Source: an uncultured Enterobacteriaceae bacterium
GTDB lineage: Bacteria > Pseudomonadota > Gammaproteobacteria > Enterobacterales > Enterobacteriaceae
Length of the DNA stretch: 64,000 nucleotides
Assembly: GCA_947631255.1 (NCBI GenBank)
Contig: CANRKT010000008.1
Span: forward strand, 2,958-66,957
Direction of reading: 5' to 3'
The position numbers and the translations under genes were made by a program. Of this stretch, positions 42,501 through 56,728 are shown in pieces (position 1 is the first letter of the stretch; the number at the start of each line of letters is the position of its first letter). The notes under the pieces are model-generated. The model was not told the DNA's origin. It saw only the letters and a list, made by a program, of their open reading frames with translations, and searched no databases.

Positions 42501-42666
42501 GATAAAGAGCCAGGCAGATAGCATCCAGCAGTGTTGTTTTACCGGCTCCTGTTGGTCCGGTGATAGCGAACAGCCCGTTACTGGCGAAAGGCTCCTGAGT
42601 AAAATCGATTTTCCACTCGCCTTTCAGAGCGTTAAGGTTTTTTAAGCGTAGGCTGAGAATTTTCAC
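39511..42666 (-). CDS. sbcC: Exonuclease subunit SbcC
   Basis: [14 protein letters not shown] hook, [16 protein letters not shown]. Confidence 0.97.
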   Translation of the reverse strand: MKILSLRLKNLNALKGEWKIDFTQEPFASNGLFAITGPTGAGKTTLLDAICLALYHQTPRLNTLTQSQNDLMTRDTAECLAEVEFEVKGVAWRAFWSQNRARNAINGNLQAPRVELARVSDGKIIADKVKDKLEATASLTGLDYGRFTRSMMLSQGQFAAFLNASANDRASLLEELTGTEIYGFLSSAVFENYKQIKNQLDIQLAQAEGITLLSESQQQQLTEQLHALATSEKAWLETLRQRQHHHQWLTQLTRLTLQQQQQQQTVNNLQQTLLDFAPQQNKLTRALQAEGLRPDALRLEERLKTHQQKVQYSVEVNTRLQHIALYRQQTRLLAGKRASELQNTLAKKQGWLKAHDKYRLWGSELAGWSGSFERLRRDEQQLTEWQHSIDVSQRKLQALPPSALSLTANEVSIYLQKQIAARSLHQKLALLHQQLHALNKQKTELTTDQQQLDKQITEQETLLNATRQRYKNVRQQESAQAKIVDLEKRIQSLEAERARLESGQPCPLCGSTEHPAVIAYQQIQAAESQQQLASLTQEVEVLAKQGAAIKGQLETQHQQRGKTGRVLTQIQEEEAVLTAQWQQCCSDLEITLSLDEDISQWLDKQEQYEHSLRQLNERQQLEAQHQQLNLQYQQLKTAISAQHNTLMTSLENAGLTHPKSGEEAQWLDARQKESHHWQKEQALIPQLQLQLAALEPVLSTLPDDGSTPPALDESQQLTALQNWQHLYSESTRLEGERHALQQQLQQSEAELSAAQLQFNAALTLSPFSNDDDFYSALLDENQRQALTERKEELERQQHQQTTLLLQAKQTLAEHHATRPVTLSDEVDVKTLEIQIAQHTQQLRENTTQQGKIQQQLQYDAANQQRQSALIQTIKEQEKQLQDWGDLNALIGSKEGDKFRKFAQGLTLDNLVWLANNQLNRLHGRYLLQRKDSEALELQVVDTWQADALRDTRTLSGGESFLVSLALALALSDLVSHKTRIDSLFLDEGFGTLDTETLDIALDALDALNASGKTIGVISHVEAMKDRIPVQVKVKKINGLGISKLDKAFAVN

Positions 42667-43880
42667 GGTGATTCTGACTCTTCATGGAGTGAGGAAAGTG
42701 TTTGTGCAAACAATTTCCGCAGACGGGCAGCATGTTCATCATCAAGTGTTTCCTGGCTTAGCCGGCGTTCAAAGACATCCTGCGGGCTTAACTCACTTAA
42801 TGTTTCCTTAAGTGGGTTTGCCATAAAACGTTCACGCTGAGCGCGGCTTCTGCGGATCAGTAATATTTCTACTGGCAGGTTGGCGGCTAAATCCTGAATG
42901 TGTCTTTGCATATCATTCAGATATTCGTCAGTACTCACTTCGATATCCAGCCAAATCTTACTGTCAGGTGGCGCATCCCGCCATTGCTCTAATTGCTGAC
43001 TAATTTCAGTCATAGAACCTTTTAATGTGACTAACTGCTGTGTAACAGGGACTTCAAGTGGTTCGACGCTTGCCAGCTTACCGGCCTCAAAGGTGACCAG
43101 AAAGACACTTTTGATTCGCGTTGTTTCATCAAAACTGAGTGCAACAGGCGAGCCGCTGTAACGAATATGCTCGCAACCGCCGACTTTTTGCGGGCGATGA
43201 ATATGCCCAAGCGCAATATAGTCAGCAGGAGGAAAAGCGTCCGCCGGGAAAGCATCGAGTGAACCGATATAAATATCTCGCACTGCATCAGAAGTTGTCG
43301 CCCCAACCGTGGTTAGATGTCCGGTAGCAATAATTGGCAGATTCTGCGTTCCACGTAATTGCACTGCGGCTTGATAGCATTGCTGATAATGTTCGCTAAT
43401 GGCAGTCATTAGCGACTGTTGTTTCTCATGTCCATCCAGTCCTGACTGACTACGCTGAATATCTCGTGGTCGCAGGAACGGGATCGGGCAGAGTATTGCC
43501 CCTGGAGTACCGTCTTTTTGATTAATGACCTGGGCATACTGGCCGGGTTCTTGCGCTGCTCTGGCTATCACCTGGGTATTCAGACAAGCCAGCAGTTCAC
43601 GGGACTCATTCAGTGTTGAGACCGCATCATGATTTCCGGCCAGAATAATCAGCTGACAACCCGTGGATTGCAGCTGTACGATAAAATGATTATAGATTTC
43701 ACGGGCATAACTTGGAGGTGAACCGGTGTCAAAAATATCACCTGCTACAATAATGGCATCCACATTATGCTCGACGACGACGTCAAGGAGCCAGTTCAGA
43801 AAAGCGCGATGCTCAGGGGCACGTGTTTTAGTGTAAAAATTCTGACCAAGATGCCAGTCGGATGTGTGGATAATGCGCAT
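42663..43880 (-). CDS. sbcD: Exonuclease subunit SbcD
   Basis: [22 protein letters not shown]. Confidence 0.97.
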   Translation of the reverse strand: MRIIHTSDWHLGQNFYTKTRAPEHRAFLNWLLDVVVEHNVDAIIVAGDIFDTGSPPSYAREIYNHFIVQLQSTGCQLIILAGNHDAVSTLNESRELLACLNTQVIARAAQEPGQYAQVINQKDGTPGAILCPIPFLRPRDIQRSQSGLDGHEKQQSLMTAISEHYQQCYQAAVQLRGTQNLPIIATGHLTTVGATTSDAVRDIYIGSLDAFPADAFPPADYIALGHIHRPQKVGGCEHIRYSGSPVALSFDETTRIKSVFLVTFEAGKLASVEPLEVPVTQQLVTLKGSMTEISQQLEQWRDAPPDSKIWLDIEVSTDEYLNDMQRHIQDLAANLPVEILLIRRSRAQRERFMANPLKETLSELSPQDVFERRLSQETLDDEHAARLRKLFAQTLSSLHEESESP

Positions 43881-43988
43881 AACCTGTCTCTGTGGCAAAG
43901 TCACGATGACTGATTATATACCCAAAATAATTTAAGTCGCTTTTCAGCTGTCATCTAATAAATAACGCTTGTTACTGATGCAAATTGC

Positions 43989-44016
43989 GTTCATAAAAAT
44001 GTCATAAAACTGACGC
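43989..44016 (+). promoter_or_regulatory. Pho boxes of the phoBR promoter
   Basis: GTTCAT-AAAAA-TGTCAT-AAAAC-TGACGC, 11-bp periodic, as in E. coli phoB. Confidence 0.85.
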
Positions 44017-44066
44017 ATACTGACATGTAATTAATAAGATATGGCCTTTTTTCAATAGGGTAAATC

Positions 44067-44756
44067 ATGGCAAGACGCATTTTAGTGGTAGAAGATGAAG
44101 CACCGATTCGTGAAATGGTGTGTTTTGTACTTGAACAGAATGGTTTCCTGCCTGTGGAAGCGGAAGATTATGACCGTGCAGTGAATTTGCTGATTGAACC
44201 TTATCCAGATTTAATTTTGCTGGACTGGATGCTGCCTGGTGGCTCTGGTATTCAGTTTATTAAATATCTCAAGCGTGATGCTATCACGCGTGAGATCCCA
44301 GTCATGATGCTCACCGCTCGCGGAGAAGAAGAAGACAAAGTGCGCGGTCTGGAGGTAGGGGCTGATGATTACATCACCAAACCTTTCTCTCCTAAAGAGC
44401 TTATCGCGCGTATTAAAGCTGTTATTCGTCGTATTTCACCGATGGCAGTAGAAGATGTCATTGAGATGCGTGGGCTGAGCCTCGACCCTTCTTCACATCG
44501 TGTGATGACTGGGACTGATCCGCTTGATATGGGGCCAACGGAATTTAGATTATTACACTTCTTTATGACACATCCAGAACGTGTCTACAGCCGTGAACAA
44601 CTGCTTAATAATGTCTGGGGTACTAATGTCTATGTTGAGGACAGAACCGTAGATGTACATATCCGTCGTCTGCGTAAAGCACTGGAATTGACTGGCCATG
44701 ATAAAATGGTACAAACAGTGCGTGGCACGGGATATCGTTTTTCAACCCGATTTTAA
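44067..44756 (+). CDS. phoB: Response regulator PhoB
   Basis: [30 protein letters not shown]. Confidence 0.98.
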   Translation: MARRILVVEDEAPIREMVCFVLEQNGFLPVEAEDYDRAVNLLIEPYPDLILLDWMLPGGSGIQFIKYLKRDAITREIPVMMLTARGEEEDKVRGLEVGADDYITKPFSPKELIARIKAVIRRISPMAVEDVIEMRGLSLDPSSHRVMTGTDPLDMGPTEFRLLHFFMTHPERVYSREQLLNNVWGTNVYVEDRTVDVHIRRLRKALELTGHDKMVQTVRGTGYRFSTRF

Positions 44757-44778
44757 GATGTTTACCGGAGCGTGATTC

Positions 44779-46077
44779 GTGCTGGAACGATTATCATGGA
44801 AACGGCTGGCACTTGAGCTACTGCTCTGTTGTCTGCCAGCAGCTATTCTCGGATTAATTTATGGTCATTTACCGTGGTTTTTACTGGTTGCGGTAACCAT
44901 TCTTCTGGGGTGGCATTTTCGTAATCTGCTCCGTCTTTCTTGGTGGTTATGGGTTGATCGCAGTATGACTCCGCCGCCCGGACAAGGTAGCTGGGAACCT
45001 CTGTTATATGGGCTGAATCAAATGCAGCTCCGTAACAGAAAGCGTCGTAATGAGTTAGGGAGTCTGATTAAACGCTTTCGTAGTGGAGCGGAGTCGCTCC
45101 CCGATGCGCTGGTGATGACGACGGAAGAGGGGGCTATTTTTTGGTGTAATGGTCTCGCTCAGCAGCTACTGGGTCTGCGCTGGCCAGATGATAATGGTCA
45201 GAATATCACCAACCTGTTGCGTTATCCTGAGTTTACCCGTTATTTGGGGGAGAAGAATTTTACCCTGCCTTTGACCTTAGTACTCAACAATGGCCGTCAT
45301 CTGGAATTTCGTGTTGTGCCCTATTCCGAAGGACAATGGCTGATGGTGGCGCGCGATGTCACTCAAATGCACCAACTGGAAGGGGCCAGACGTCACTTTT
45401 TTGCCAACGTAAGCCATGAGTTACGTACGCCGCTGACGGTGCTGCAAGGCTATCTGGAGATGATGCAGGATAAAAGTCTTGAAGGTCCGTTACGTGATAA
45501 AGCACTCAGTACTATGCGGGAACAAACCTCCAGGATGGAGGGGCTGGTACGACAGTTACTCACGTTGTCGCGTATTGAGGCAGCTCAAGCTATCGCACTG
45601 AATGAAAAAATTGATGTCCCCTTGATGCTCAGAGTGGTAGAACGCGAGGCGCAGACACTCAGTAATGGAAAGCACACACTGACTTTTGAGGTAGAACCTA
45701 ACCTTAAAGTCTATGGAAATGAAGAGCAGCTCCGCAGTGCCATTTCTAACCTGGTTTACAATGCAGTCAATCACACCCCGGCAGGAACACATATTACTGT
45801 TGGCTGGCATCGTTTATCCCAGGGCGTTATTTTTAGCGTCGAAGATAATGGTGCGGGGATCAGTGCAGAGCACTTACCACGGCTGACCGAACGTTTTTAT
45901 CGGGTCGATAAAGCGCGCTCAAGGCAGACCGGAGGAAGTGGTTTAGGGCTGGCGATAGTTAAACATGCCTTGAGCCATCATGATACTAAGCTTGATATCG
46001 AAAGTACTATGGGCAAAGGCTCGACATTTTTGTTTACCTTGCCCGAGCGTTTAATCGTGGCTGAAAAACCGCAGTGA
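44779..46077 (+). CDS. phoR: Sensor kinase PhoR
   Basis: [29 protein letters not shown]. Confidence 0.98.
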   Translation: MLERLSWKRLALELLLCCLPAAILGLIYGHLPWFLLVAVTILLGWHFRNLLRLSWWLWVDRSMTPPPGQGSWEPLLYGLNQMQLRNRKRRNELGSLIKRFRSGAESLPDALVMTTEEGAIFWCNGLAQQLLGLRWPDDNGQNITNLLRYPEFTRYLGEKNFTLPLTLVLNNGRHLEFRVVPYSEGQWLMVARDVTQMHQLEGARRHFFANVSHELRTPLTVLQGYLEMMQDKSLEGPLRDKALSTMREQTSRMEGLVRQLLTLSRIEAAQAIALNEKIDVPLMLRVVEREAQTLSNGKHTLTFEVEPNLKVYGNEEQLRSAISNLVYNAVNHTPAGTHITVGWHRLSQGVIFSVEDNGAGISAEHLPRLTERFYRVDKARSRQTGGSGLGLAIVKHALSHHDTKLDIESTMGKGSTFLFTLPERLIVAEKPQ

Positions 46078-46583
46078 TACAGGCATAATCCCCCGGATAA
46101 TTCAGGTTATTTGGGGCGATTTTTAACAGCAGCATATTCTACCGTCAGATAAAAAAATATCTTTCATTTACTGTAAAGAAAAGCGTACACATCCGTGCAT
46201 TTCTCTTCTCTGGCATTTTTTGAGCAACATACGTTGTTTAAAAATACGCGTCTGGCTGTTTTTTGTCCGAGTGATAAGCCGGGCTTGATTCGAATCACTG
46301 AATTTATTTACTAGTTAACGCCACTAATTCGTTATATTCATCTGCTTTTCTGATCTCTCCTTGTCTTCAAACGCTATAAGCGTTTTAATTGCCCCCCTGT
46401 CATTACCTGTAAGCTACTATTGAGTGATAAATCGACTCACTATGCTTATACATACAGGATAATAAGCATTTATTGCTGCTGTTAAAGGTAATAACGGTAT
46501 TTTTACCAAAGATTCACAACAACTCTATTTAACGAACACAACTAAGACTTTCAACACAATACATCCACAGGCTGCTTTATCTT

Positions 46584-47903
46584 ATGACTCATCGTTTATC
46601 ATCTCGCGACATCATTGCACTGGGATTTATGACCTTTGCGCTGTTTGTTGGTGCGGGCAATATTATTTTTCCTCCTATGGTGGGGCTCCAGGCGGGTGAA
46701 TTTGTCTGGACTGCTGCCCTGGGCTTTCTGGTGACCGCGGTCGGTTTACCCGTCTTGACGATTGTTGCAATAGCGCGAGTGGGTGGCGGGATTGATAGTC
46801 TCAGCGCACCAATCGGTCGTGGTGCAGGTATTTTGCTGGCCACAATCTGTTATCTTGCTGTCGGTCCGCTGTTTGCCACACCACGTACGACGACTGTCTC
46901 GTTTGAAATCGGTATTGCTCCGCTGACGGGAACGGGTGATTTAGCGCTATTTATTTACAGCTTGGTTTATTTTGCCTTAGTTATCTTTATTTCTCTGGAG
47001 CCTGGTAAATTGCTGGACTCTGTTGGACATGTACTGGCTCCGTTAAAAATTATTGCGCTGTTAATTCTGGCGGCGGCGGCTGTCTTCTTGCCTGCTGGTG
47101 GGATCAGTACTGCCACAGAAGCGTATCAGAATACTGCGTTCTCTAATGGCTTCGTCAACGGCTATCTGACCATGGATACCCTGGCCTCGCTGGTATTCGG
47201 TATTGTTATTGTCAATGCCGCGCGTTCCCGGGGCGTAACATCTTCCAGTTTACTGACCCGTTATACTATTGGGGCGGGCATTATTGCGGGTATTGGGCTG
47301 ACCATTATTTATCTGGCGCTGTTCCACCTCGGGTCAGACAGTGCCAATCTGGTCGAGCAGAATGCCAATGGGGCTGCGATTTTACATGCTTATGTCGCGC
47401 ATACCTTTGGTGGTGGCGGTAGCATATTCCTGGCTGTGCTGATTTTCCTTGCTTGTCTGGTCACCGCTGTCGGCCTGACTTGTGCCTGTGCAGAGTTCTT
47501 TAGTCAGTATTTACCGTTCTCTTATCGCCAACTGGTCTTTATCCTTGGCCTGTTCTCGATGGTAGTGTCAAACTTGGGTCTTGATCATCTGATTAAGTTC
47601 TCAATCCCAGTACTGACCTCTATCTATCCACCTTGTATCGTATTAGTGCTGTTGAGTTTTACCCGTCCGTGGTGGCATAATTCTTCGCGGATTATTGCTC
47701 CGGCGATGTTGGTCAGCCTGTTATTCGGTATCATTGACGGGATTAAAGCATCGGCTATTAGCTCAATATTACCAGCCTGGACTGAACGACTGTGGCTGTC
47801 CGACCAAGGACTTGCCTGGTTACTGCCGACCCTAGCGATGGTTGCTATCACTATTATTTGGGACAAAGCTGCGGGCGAACCTGCGACTTCAGTGAGTCAC
47901 TAA
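46584..47903 (+). CDS. brnQ: Branched-chain amino acid transporter BrnQ
   Basis: [24 protein letters not shown]. Confidence 0.97.
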   Translation: MTHRLSSRDIIALGFMTFALFVGAGNIIFPPMVGLQAGEFVWTAALGFLVTAVGLPVLTIVAIARVGGGIDSLSAPIGRGAGILLATICYLAVGPLFATPRTTTVSFEIGIAPLTGTGDLALFIYSLVYFALVIFISLEPGKLLDSVGHVLAPLKIIALLILAAAAVFLPAGGISTATEAYQNTAFSNGFVNGYLTMDTLASLVFGIVIVNAARSRGVTSSSLLTRYTIGAGIIAGIGLTIIYLALFHLGSDSANLVEQNANGAAILHAYVAHTFGGGGSIFLAVLIFLACLVTAVGLTCACAEFFSQYLPFSYRQLVFILGLFSMVVSNLGLDHLIKFSIPVLTSIYPPCIVLVLLSFTRPWWHNSSRIIAPAMLVSLLFGIIDGIKASAISSILPAWTERLWLSDQGLAWLLPTLAMVAITIIWDKAAGEPATSVSH

Positions 47904-47922
47904 GTTATTATTGTTCATTATT

Positions 47923-47952
47923 AACCACGGTGTTGCTTCCCGTGGTTTTTTT
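47923..47952 (+). terminator. Terminator after brnQ
   Basis: AACCACGG...CCGTGGTT followed by a T run. Confidence 0.7.
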
Positions 47953-47974
47953 ATTGTTAGAGTGTAGAGAATTG

Positions 47975-49339
47975 ATGGAAACGACCAATAAGCTCAAGCG
48001 TGGTTTGAGCACCCGGCATATTCGTTTTATGGCGCTGGGTTCTGCAATTGGTACTGGGCTGTTTTATGGTTCTGCTGATGCGATTAAAATTGCCGGGCCT
48101 AGTGTCTTACTGGCCTATATTATTGGCGGCGTTGCGGCTTATATCATCATGCGGGCATTGGGCGAAATGTCATTGCATCATCCGGTGACGGGGTCATTTT
48201 CTCGCTACGCACACGATTATCTCGGACCACTGGCGGGGTTTATTACTGGCTGGACCTACTGTTTTGAAATGTTACTTGTTGCCATTGCCGATGTAACGGC
48301 CTTTGGTATCTATATGAGTATCTGGTTTCCTACGGTAGAGAACTGGATCTGGGTTCTGAGTGTTGTGCTGATTATTTGTGCCATCAATTTGATGAGTGTC
48401 AGAGTCTTCGGTGAGCTGGAGTTCTGGTTTTCATTTATTAAAGTGGCCACTATCATCATTATGATTGTGGCTGGCATCGGGATTATCGTCTGGGGGATTG
48501 GTAATGGTGGCCAGCCTACTGGTATCAGTAATTTGTGGACCTATGGAGGCTTCTTTAGTAATGGCTGGATAGGGACGGTACTGGCGCTACATATGGTGAT
48601 GTTTGCCTATGGCGGTATTGAAATCATCGGTATTACTGCAGGTGAAGCCAAAGATCCAGAGAAGTCGATTCCTCGTGCGATTAACTCCGTACCATTGCGT
48701 ATTCTGGTGTTCTATGTCGGGACGCTGTTTGTCATTATGTCTATCTATCCCTGGAATATGGTGGGAACAGAAGGCAGTCCCTTTGTGATGACCTTCCAGC
48801 ATATGGGTATTACCGTTGCGGCAGGTATTTTGAATTTTGTGGTGATCACAGCATCAATTTCTGCGATTAACAGCGACGTTTTTGGCGTTGGTCGCATGTT
48901 ATATGGTATGGCTGAACAGGGTAATGCACCGAAAGCTTTCGCTAAACTGTCACGTAAAGGAATACCCTGGGTCACCGTGGTCATTATGACTGGAGCCTTG
49001 CTCGTTGCGGCTTACCTGAACTATGTGATGCCGAAAAATGTCTTTTTGGTGATAGCTTCCCTGGCAACCTTTGCTACGGTCTGGGTCTGGATAATGATTT
49101 TGCTGTCACAGATAGCATTTCGCCGTAAATTATCAGCCGAAGAAGTAAAAGATCTGAAGTTTCGTATACCGGGTGGAGTAGCGACGACCTCAGTGGGAGT
49201 GGTCTTTTTAATTTTTATTATTGGCCTGATTGGTTACTATCCCGAGACCCGTATTTCGCTCTATGTGGGCAGTGCCTGGATAGCCTTGTTATTGCTGACC
49301 TGGTTTATTATCCTGCGTCATAAACGTCTTAGCAACTGA
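47975..49339 (+). CDS. proY: Proline-specific permease ProY
   Basis: [32 protein letters not shown]; synteny after brnQ. Confidence 0.93.
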   Translation: METTNKLKRGLSTRHIRFMALGSAIGTGLFYGSADAIKIAGPSVLLAYIIGGVAAYIIMRALGEMSLHHPVTGSFSRYAHDYLGPLAGFITGWTYCFEMLLVAIADVTAFGIYMSIWFPTVENWIWVLSVVLIICAINLMSVRVFGELEFWFSFIKVATIIIMIVAGIGIIVWGIGNGGQPTGISNLWTYGGFFSNGWIGTVLALHMVMFAYGGIEIIGITAGEAKDPEKSIPRAINSVPLRILVFYVGTLFVIMSIYPWNMVGTEGSPFVMTFQHMGITVAAGILNFVVITASISAINSDVFGVGRMLYGMAEQGNAPKAFAKLSRKGIPWVTVVIMTGALLVAAYLNYVMPKNVFLVIASLATFATVWVWIMILLSQIAFRRKLSAEEVKDLKFRIPGGVATTSVGVVFLIFIIGLIGYYPETRISLYVGSAWIALLLLTWFIILRHKRLSN

Positions 49340-49342
49340 TGT

Positions 49343-49375
49343 AAAAAAGGGGAAAACCAGTGGTTTTCCCCTTTT
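49343..49375. terminator. Bidirectional terminator proY/peroxiredoxin
   Basis: AAAAGGGGAAAACC-AGT-GGTTTTCCCCTTTT. Confidence 0.8.
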
Positions 49376-49402
49376 CGTTATCTTAAGCAAACTCAGGCGT
49401 TA

Positions 49403-50005
49403 TTACAGTTTGCCTGCGTTCTGGCTCAGGTATTTTGCAACGCCGTCTGGAGATGCGTCCATACCTTCCTTTCCTTTTTCCCATTGAGCCGGGCAAACTT
49501 CACCGTGCTCTTCGTGGAATTGCAGGGCATCAACCATACGCAGCATTTCGTCAACGTTACGGCCCAGTGGCAGATCGTTAACCACTTGGTGGCGCACGAT
49601 ACCTGCTTTGTCGATCAGGAATGAACCACGCAGAGCAACACCGGCTTCTGGATGTTCAATGCCGTATGCTTTCTGGATTTCACGTTTGATATCGGCAACC
49701 ATTGCATATTTAACTTCGCCAATACCGCCGTTATCGACAGAAGTCTTACGCCATGCGTTGTGCACAAACTCAGAGTCAAAAGAGACACCAACAACTTCTA
49801 CACCACGTTTCTGGAATTCTGCATAACGCTTGTCGAAAGCAATCAGCTCAGATGGGCAAACGAAAGTGAAGTCCATTGGCCAGAAGAAAACAACGGTAGC
49901 TTTACCATCGGTGTGCTTTTTGAAGTTGAAGTTTTCAACGATTTCGCCGTTTCCAAGAACAGCTGCAGCGGTAAAATCAGGGGCTGGACGAGTAACCAGG
50001 ACCAT
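49403..50005 (-). CDS. tsaA: 2-Cys peroxiredoxin (AhpC/TSA family, TsaA-like)
   Basis: DFTFVCPSE and GEVCPA cysteines. Confidence 0.9.
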   Translation of the reverse strand: MVLVTRPAPDFTAAAVLGNGEIVENFNFKKHTDGKATVVFFWPMDFTFVCPSELIAFDKRYAEFQKRGVEVVGVSFDSEFVHNAWRKTSVDNGGIGEVKYAMVADIKREIQKAYGIEHPEAGVALRGSFLIDKAGIVRHQVVNDLPLGRNVDEMLRMVDALQFHEEHGEVCPAQWEKGKEGMDASPDGVAKYLSQNAGKL

Positions 50006-50201
50006 ATAAACTCCTGTAAATGTAGTTAAGGTGAATGTTAACGTAACTAACGAAGTATAAAGCTCGACTCAATGTAGCTCAAGGCTAAAGCTCAGATTAA
50101 TCAGATAGGTTTTATCTATTAAAGATAGGGGGATTCGATATCTTTAACTAAGATAGACCTTTTTGATAAAAGGGCAAGCCGATATTGAGCGTTTTGTCCT
50201 G

Positions 50202-50783
50202 TCAAAGACTCCGTTGTTCTGCCTGAGTCATCATACGTGGATAAAATGACCAAAATAAGTCTTCCAGTGCATGATAATGCGTTTCAAGGTCTTGCCAGGA
50301 TTCACGAAGCTGTACGAGTTTAGGCCTTCTTTTTGCCATTGCCCCCAGTACGCTGGCAATAAAATGCATATCACTGTAACGCTCCAGCCAGCGTTCATTC
50401 CATAAATGCTGATTCAGATCGACAAATGCGACGGGCATATTTGGTAACTGAGGCTCTATCTGGCCACGGGCATAATCGATAAACTCAGTCAGTGACTGTG
50501 CTGGATTGATTCTCTGCCAGTGAAGAGACAGGAAATGATCCCAGATAATATCCAGTGAAATAGGGGAGACGCGCCGGGTTTCTGGACGAAACCATTGCCG
50601 GGCAATCGCGATTTCTGGCAACCCATCGGTCAGGGCATCTACCCGGCGATGCATATAAATACCTGCCACAATTTCAGGTGAAAAGCTGTCAGCAGGATTA
50701 CCACGGATGAAATCTGCCAGGATATTACCTGACAGTGAACTTCGGGCTAAATGGGCAAGGTGGAGATGGGCAAGAAAATTCAT
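50202..50783 (-). CDS. acpH: ACP phosphodiesterase
   Basis: [27 protein letters not shown]. Confidence 0.95.
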   Translation of the reverse strand: MNFLAHLHLAHLARSSLSGNILADFIRGNPADSFSPEIVAGIYMHRRVDALTDGLPEIAIARQWFRPETRRVSPISLDIIWDHFLSLHWQRINPAQSLTEFIDYARGQIEPQLPNMPVAFVDLNQHLWNERWLERYSDMHFIASVLGAMAKRRPKLVQLRESWQDLETHYHALEDLFWSFYPRMMTQAEQRSL

Positions 50784-50944
50784 AGTTTTATTGTCTCATT
50801 AATCTCTTTTAAGCGGTTTATTCGCTGTGTCTCTGGGAGCAACCTGAAGGATTTTAGCTATAAATAGTGGGGAAGCGAGTTGCAAGGAAGTCCCCCTGGC
50901 ACTAGACTAGTCCGCTTGTTTTTAAGTCTGAGTTCTCTATTATC

Positions 50945-52018
50945 ATGCGCGTTGCTGACTTCTCTTTTGAATTACCTGAAACCCTGATTGCCCACTATCC
51001 ACAAGCTGAGCGTAGCGGTTGTCGCTTACTTTCTCTTGATGGGCCAACAGGTGCGCTCGCGCATGGTACTTTCACCGATCTTCTTGATAAGCTCAATTCC
51101 GGCGATCTTCTGGTTTTTAATAATACCCGTGTTATTCCGGCGCGTCTGTTCGGACGTAAAGCCAGTGGCGGTAAAATTGAAGTTCTGGTTGAGCGTATGC
51201 TGGATGATAAGCGTATCCTTGCCCATATTCGTGCTTCAAAGGCACCGAAACCGGGAGCAGCGTTACTGCTGGGCGATGATGAAAGCGTGCATGCTACCAT
51301 GGTGGCACGTCATGATGCGTTGTTTGAAGTCGAGTTTAATGACGATCGCACTGTGCTGGATATTTTAAACAATATCGGTCATATGCCATTACCGCCTTAT
51401 ATTGACAGGCCAGATGAAGAATCTGACCGTGAACTGTATCAGACGGTATATAGCGAAAAACCAGGCGCGGTCGCAGCTCCTACCGCAGGCCTGCATTTTG
51501 ATGCTCCTTTACTGGAAAAGTTAAGGTTAAAAGGCATCGAAATGGCATTTGTCACTTTGCATGTGGGGGCTGGAACTTTCCAGCCCGTGCGTGTTGATAG
51601 CATTGAAGATCATATTATGCACGCTGAATATGCTGAGGTCCCTCAGTCAGTTGTGGATGCGGTGCTAGCCTGTAAAGCCCGTGGTAATAAGGTCGTAGCG
51701 GTAGGTACCACTTCGGTTCGTTCGCTGGAGAGCGCGGCTCAGGCGGCTACTGATGGGGTTATTGCGCCATTCTTTGGCGATACTCGAATTTTCATCTATC
51801 CAGGTTATAAGTACCAAGTTATTGATGCCCTGGTCACTAATTTTCACTTGCCAGAGTCAACACTTATTATGTTAGTGTCTGCTTTTGCCGGTTATCAGCA
51901 TACAATGCGTGCCTATTATGAAGCTGTTAATGCTGAATATCGTTTCTTTAGCTATGGGGATGCCATGTACATCACGTACAATCCTCAGGCGGTTAATGAG
52001 CGCCCAGGCCAGGAATAA
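50945..52018 (+). CDS. queA: tRNA preQ1(34) SAM ribosyltransferase-isomerase
   Basis: [34 protein letters not shown]. Confidence 0.98.
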   Translation: MRVADFSFELPETLIAHYPQAERSGCRLLSLDGPTGALAHGTFTDLLDKLNSGDLLVFNNTRVIPARLFGRKASGGKIEVLVERMLDDKRILAHIRASKAPKPGAALLLGDDESVHATMVARHDALFEVEFNDDRTVLDILNNIGHMPLPPYIDRPDEESDRELYQTVYSEKPGAVAAPTAGLHFDAPLLEKLRLKGIEMAFVTLHVGAGTFQPVRVDSIEDHIMHAEYAEVPQSVVDAVLACKARGNKVVAVGTTSVRSLESAAQAATDGVIAPFFGDTRIFIYPGYKYQVIDALVTNFHLPESTLIMLVSAFAGYQHTMRAYYEAVNAEYRFFSYGDAMYITYNPQAVNERPGQE

Positions 52019-52066
52019 GCGATTTATTGTTTCATCGCTGGTGTAACCGGCGATGTGTTGTTTTAG

Positions 52067-53227
<1,161 letters not shown>

Positions 53228-53248
53228 TTTAATAATGAGGGATTTTTA

Positions 53249-53581
53249 ATGAGCTTTTTCATTTCTGATGCGGTTGCTGCAACAGGTGCTTCATCGCAAG
53301 GTAGCCCGTACTCTTTGATTCTGATGCTGGTGGTGTTCGGTCTGATTTTCTATTTCATGATCCTGCGTCCTCAACAAAAACGTACAAAAGAGCATAAAAA
53401 ACTGATGGACTCTATCTCTAAAGGGGACGAAGTTCTGACTAACGGTGGTCTGGTTGGCCGTGTAACTAAAGTTGCTGAAACTGGTTATATTGCTATTGCG
53501 TTGAATGACACCAATGAAGTTGTCATTAAACGTGATTTCGTAGCTGCCGTTCTGCCGAAAGGCACCATGAAGGCGCTGTAA
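53249..53581 (+). CDS. yajC: Preprotein translocase subunit YajC
   Basis: [21 protein letters not shown]. Confidence 0.97.
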   Translation: MSFFISDAVAATGASSQGSPYSLILMLVVFGLIFYFMILRPQQKRTKEHKKLMDSISKGDEVLTNGGLVGRVTKVAETGYIAIALNDTNEVVIKRDFVAAVLPKGTMKAL

Positions 53582-53610
53582 TTTTTTCGTTTTCCCTAAG
53601 GGAACTAAAC

Positions 53611-55458
53611 GTGTTAAACCGTTATCCTTTGTGGAAGTACATCATGCTGGTCGTTGTTCTTATCATCGGCACAGTCTATGCACTTCCCAACCTATATGGT
53701 GAGGATCCGGCTGTTCAATTAACTGGCGCGCGCGGTGCCGCCGCCAGTGAACAAACGCTGATCCAGGTCCATGACATCTTAAAGAAAGACGACATTTCCG
53801 CTAAATCTATTGCGCTGGAAGAAGGCTCTATTCTTGCGCGCTTTGATTCAACTGAGAGTCAGCTACGCGCACGTGAAGTGCTGATGAGTGAGTTAGGCGA
53901 TAATTATGTTGTCGCACTGAATCTCGCGCCTGCAACTCCTCGCTGGTTGTCTGCTATTCATGCTGATCCGATGAAACTGGGGCTTGATTTGCGCGGTGGT
54001 GTGCACTTCCTGATGGAAGTGGATATGGATACGGCGCTTGGTAAACTTCAGGAACAAACCATCGATGGTCTGCGTAGCTCTCTGCGTGAGCAAAGTATTG
54101 CTTACTCCAGTGTTCGTAAAGCCAATAACTACGGTGTAGAAATTGTCTTTCCTGATGCGAAACTTCGTGACCAGGCGATTTCTTATTTAAGCCAACGTAA
54201 CCGTGACTTAGTGTTCTCTCGCGTTAATGATAATGCGTTACGTGCAGTAATGAGCGATGCTCGCCTGAGCGAAGCGCGTGAATATGCTGTGCAGCAGAAC
54301 ATCAATATTCTCCGTAACCGTGTGAATCAGCTAGGTGTTGCTGAACCACTGGTACAACGTCAGGGTGCAGACCGTATTGTGGTCGAACTGCCGGGTATCC
54401 AGGATACCGCACGTGCGAAAGAGATACTGGGTGCGACAGCGACGCTCGAATTCCGTCTGGTCAATACCAATGTTGACGTTAGTGCAGCGACTTCAGGACG
54501 TGTTCCGGGCGATTCAGAAGTGAAACAAACCCGTGATGGTCAGCCTGTGGTGCTGTACAAGCGTATTATTCTGACCGGAGACCATATCACCGACTCTACC
54601 TCTAGTGTGGATGAATATAACCAGTCACAGGTTAATATTTCTCTGGATGGTGCTGGCGGTAATACCATGTCTAACTTCACCAAGGATAACATCGGCAAGC
54701 CGATGGCAACCCTGTTTGTGGAGTATAAAGACAGCGGTAAGAAAGATGCGAATGGTCGTTCTGTTCTGGTCAAGCAAGAAGAAGTTATCAACGTCGCGAA
54801 TATTCAGTCGCGTTTAGGTAGCAACTTCCGTATTACTGGTATTAATAACTCGGCTGAAGCTCGCCAGCTTTCTTTGCTGTTACGTGCAGGTGCGTTGATT
54901 GCGCCAATTCAGATTGTTGAAGAACGAACCATTGGCCCGACCTTAGGTCTGGAAAATATCAAGCAAGGTCTGGAAGCCTGTCTGGCAGGTTTGCTGGTTT
55001 CTATCATCTTTATGCTGTTCTTCTACAAGAAGTTTGGCTTAATCGCAACGACAGCTCTGGTCGCTAACTTAATCCTGATGGTGGGGATTATGTCGCTGTT
55101 ACCCGGGGCGACGCTAACGATGCCAGGGATTGCCGGGGTAGTACTGACACTGGCGGTAGCGGTGGATGCTAACGTTCTTATCAACGAACGTATTAAAGAA
55201 GAACTGAGTAACGGTCGCTCTATTCAACAGGCCATTGATGAAGGTTATAAAGGAGCATTTAGCTCAATTTTTGACGCCAACATCACAACGCTGATTAAAG
55301 TTGTCATCCTGTACGCGGTGGGAACAGGAGCCATTAAAGGGTTTGCGATCACCACAGGTATCGGTGTTGCGACTTCTATGTTCACGGCAATTATCGGTAC
55401 CCGCGCTATTGTAAACCTGCTGTATGGCGGCAAGCGCATTAACAAGCTGTCTATCTAA
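53611..55458 (+). CDS. secD: Protein translocase subunit SecD
   Basis: [33 protein letters not shown]. Confidence 0.98.
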   Translation: MLNRYPLWKYIMLVVVLIIGTVYALPNLYGEDPAVQLTGARGAAASEQTLIQVHDILKKDDISAKSIALEEGSILARFDSTESQLRAREVLMSELGDNYVVALNLAPATPRWLSAIHADPMKLGLDLRGGVHFLMEVDMDTALGKLQEQTIDGLRSSLREQSIAYSSVRKANNYGVEIVFPDAKLRDQAISYLSQRNRDLVFSRVNDNALRAVMSDARLSEAREYAVQQNINILRNRVNQLGVAEPLVQRQGADRIVVELPGIQDTARAKEILGATATLEFRLVNTNVDVSAATSGRVPGDSEVKQTRDGQPVVLYKRIILTGDHITDSTSSVDEYNQSQVNISLDGAGGNTMSNFTKDNIGKPMATLFVEYKDSGKKDANGRSVLVKQEEVINVANIQSRLGSNFRITGINNSAEARQLSLLLRAGALIAPIQIVEERTIGPTLGLENIKQGLEACLAGLLVSIIFMLFFYKKFGLIATTALVANLILMVGIMSLLPGATLTMPGIAGVVLTLAVAVDANVLINERIKEELSNGRSIQQAIDEGYKGAFSSIFDANITTLIKVVILYAVGTGAIKGFAITTGIGVATSMFTAIIGTRAIVNLLYGGKRINKLSI

Positions 55459-55468
55459 GGAGTGCGTT

Positions 55469-56440
55469 GTGGCACAGGAATATACTGTTGAACAATTGAA
55501 CCACGGGCGTAGAGTCTATGACTTTATGCGCTGGGACAACTGGGCTTTCGGCATCTCCGGTCTCTTGCTTATTATTTCCATCGCAATTATCGGCGTGAAG
55601 GGTTTTAACTGGGGACTCGACTTTACCGGTGGTACAGTGATTGAAATTTCACTGGAAAAACCGGCTGAACTGGATGTGATCCGTGGCGCGCTGGAAAAAG
55701 CGGGCTTCGAGGATCCACTGGTTCAGAACTTTGGTAGCAGCCGCGATATTATGGTGCGTATGCCTCCGGTGAGTGATGACGTTGGCGGACAAACACTGAG
55801 TAGTTCGGTCGTTAAGGTGATTGATGAGTCAACTAACCAGCAAAGTGCGGTAAAACGTATTGAGATCGTTGGACCAAGCGTCGGTGCCGATTTGGCACAA
55901 AGCGGTGCTATGGCACTGCTGGTCGCTTTGCTCTCGATTCTGGTCTATGTCGGATTCCGATTTGAGTGGCGTCTGGCTGCCGGTGTTGTTATCTCACTGG
56001 CGCACGACGTCATTATTACTATTGGTATTCTGTCGCTATTCCAGATTGAGGTTGACCTGACTATCGTTGCTTCACTGATGTCAGTTATCGGTTACTCACT
56101 TAACGATAGCATCGTGGTATCGGACCGTATTCGTGAGAACTTCCGCAAAATTCGTCGCGGTACGCCTTATGAAATCTTTAACGTTTCACTGACTCAGACA
56201 CTGAAAAGAACCTTGATAACATCCGGCACTACGCTGGTTGTTATCCTGATGCTTTATCTGTTTGGCGGTTCGATGCTGAAAGGCTTCGCATTGACTATGC
56301 TGATTGGTGTCACTATCGGTACAGCTTCTTCTATCTATGTCGCTTCTGCTTTAGCGTTGAAAATGGGTATGAAGCGTGAGCATATGTTGCAGCATAAAGT
56401 GGAAAAAGAAGGGGCCGATCAGCCTTCTATTTTGCCTTAA
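55469..56440 (+). CDS. secF: Protein translocase subunit SecF
   Basis: [24 protein letters not shown]; GTG start at 55469. Confidence 0.98.
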   Translation: MAQEYTVEQLNHGRRVYDFMRWDNWAFGISGLLLIISIAIIGVKGFNWGLDFTGGTVIEISLEKPAELDVIRGALEKAGFEDPLVQNFGSSRDIMVRMPPVSDDVGGQTLSSSVVKVIDESTNQQSAVKRIEIVGPSVGADLAQSGAMALLVALLSILVYVGFRFEWRLAAGVVISLAHDVIITIGILSLFQIEVDLTIVASLMSVIGYSLNDSIVVSDRIRENFRKIRRGTPYEIFNVSLTQTLKRTLITSGTTLVVILMLYLFGGSMLKGFALTMLIGVTIGTASSIYVASALALKMGMKREHMLQHKVEKEGADQPSILP

Positions 56441-56457
56441 TTTGATGCAAGCTTGAT

Positions 56458-56494
56458 AAAAACCGTAGTCGTTCGTTCGACTACGGTTTTTTTT
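56458..56494 (+). terminator. Terminator after secF
   Basis: AAAAACCGTAGTCG...CGACTACGGTTTTT followed by Ts. Confidence 0.85.
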
Positions 56495-56690
56495 CAGTTC
56501 AGTATTGTCAATGACCCAGTGTGGGATTTCACCTTCAGTCGGCTGAGCAGAGCCGTTGGGTTGTGCATCGATAAATCCATCATAAAAATCAAGTCAACGA
56601 AGTCCTGTAAGCTGCGTAGTGAAGGATTAAACTCACGTTTTATCTATTAAAGAGATGATGAGCTTTCAGAAACTTTGCAATGCACGAGAT

Positions 56691-56719
56691 AAAGGCACTC
56701 AAAGGAGTGCCCTTTTTTT
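56691..56719. terminator. Hairpin downstream of arcA
   Basis: AAAGGCACTC-AAAG-GAGTGCCCTTT; A/T runs on both sides. Confidence 0.65.
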
Positions 56720-56728
56720 ATTGATGAA

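Noticed and set aside
56453-56650. 65-aa ORF after secF, and the many short antisense/overlapping ORFs in the track
   Set aside because: It spans the secF terminator and has no recognisable motif; the others are shadow frames of well-supported genes.
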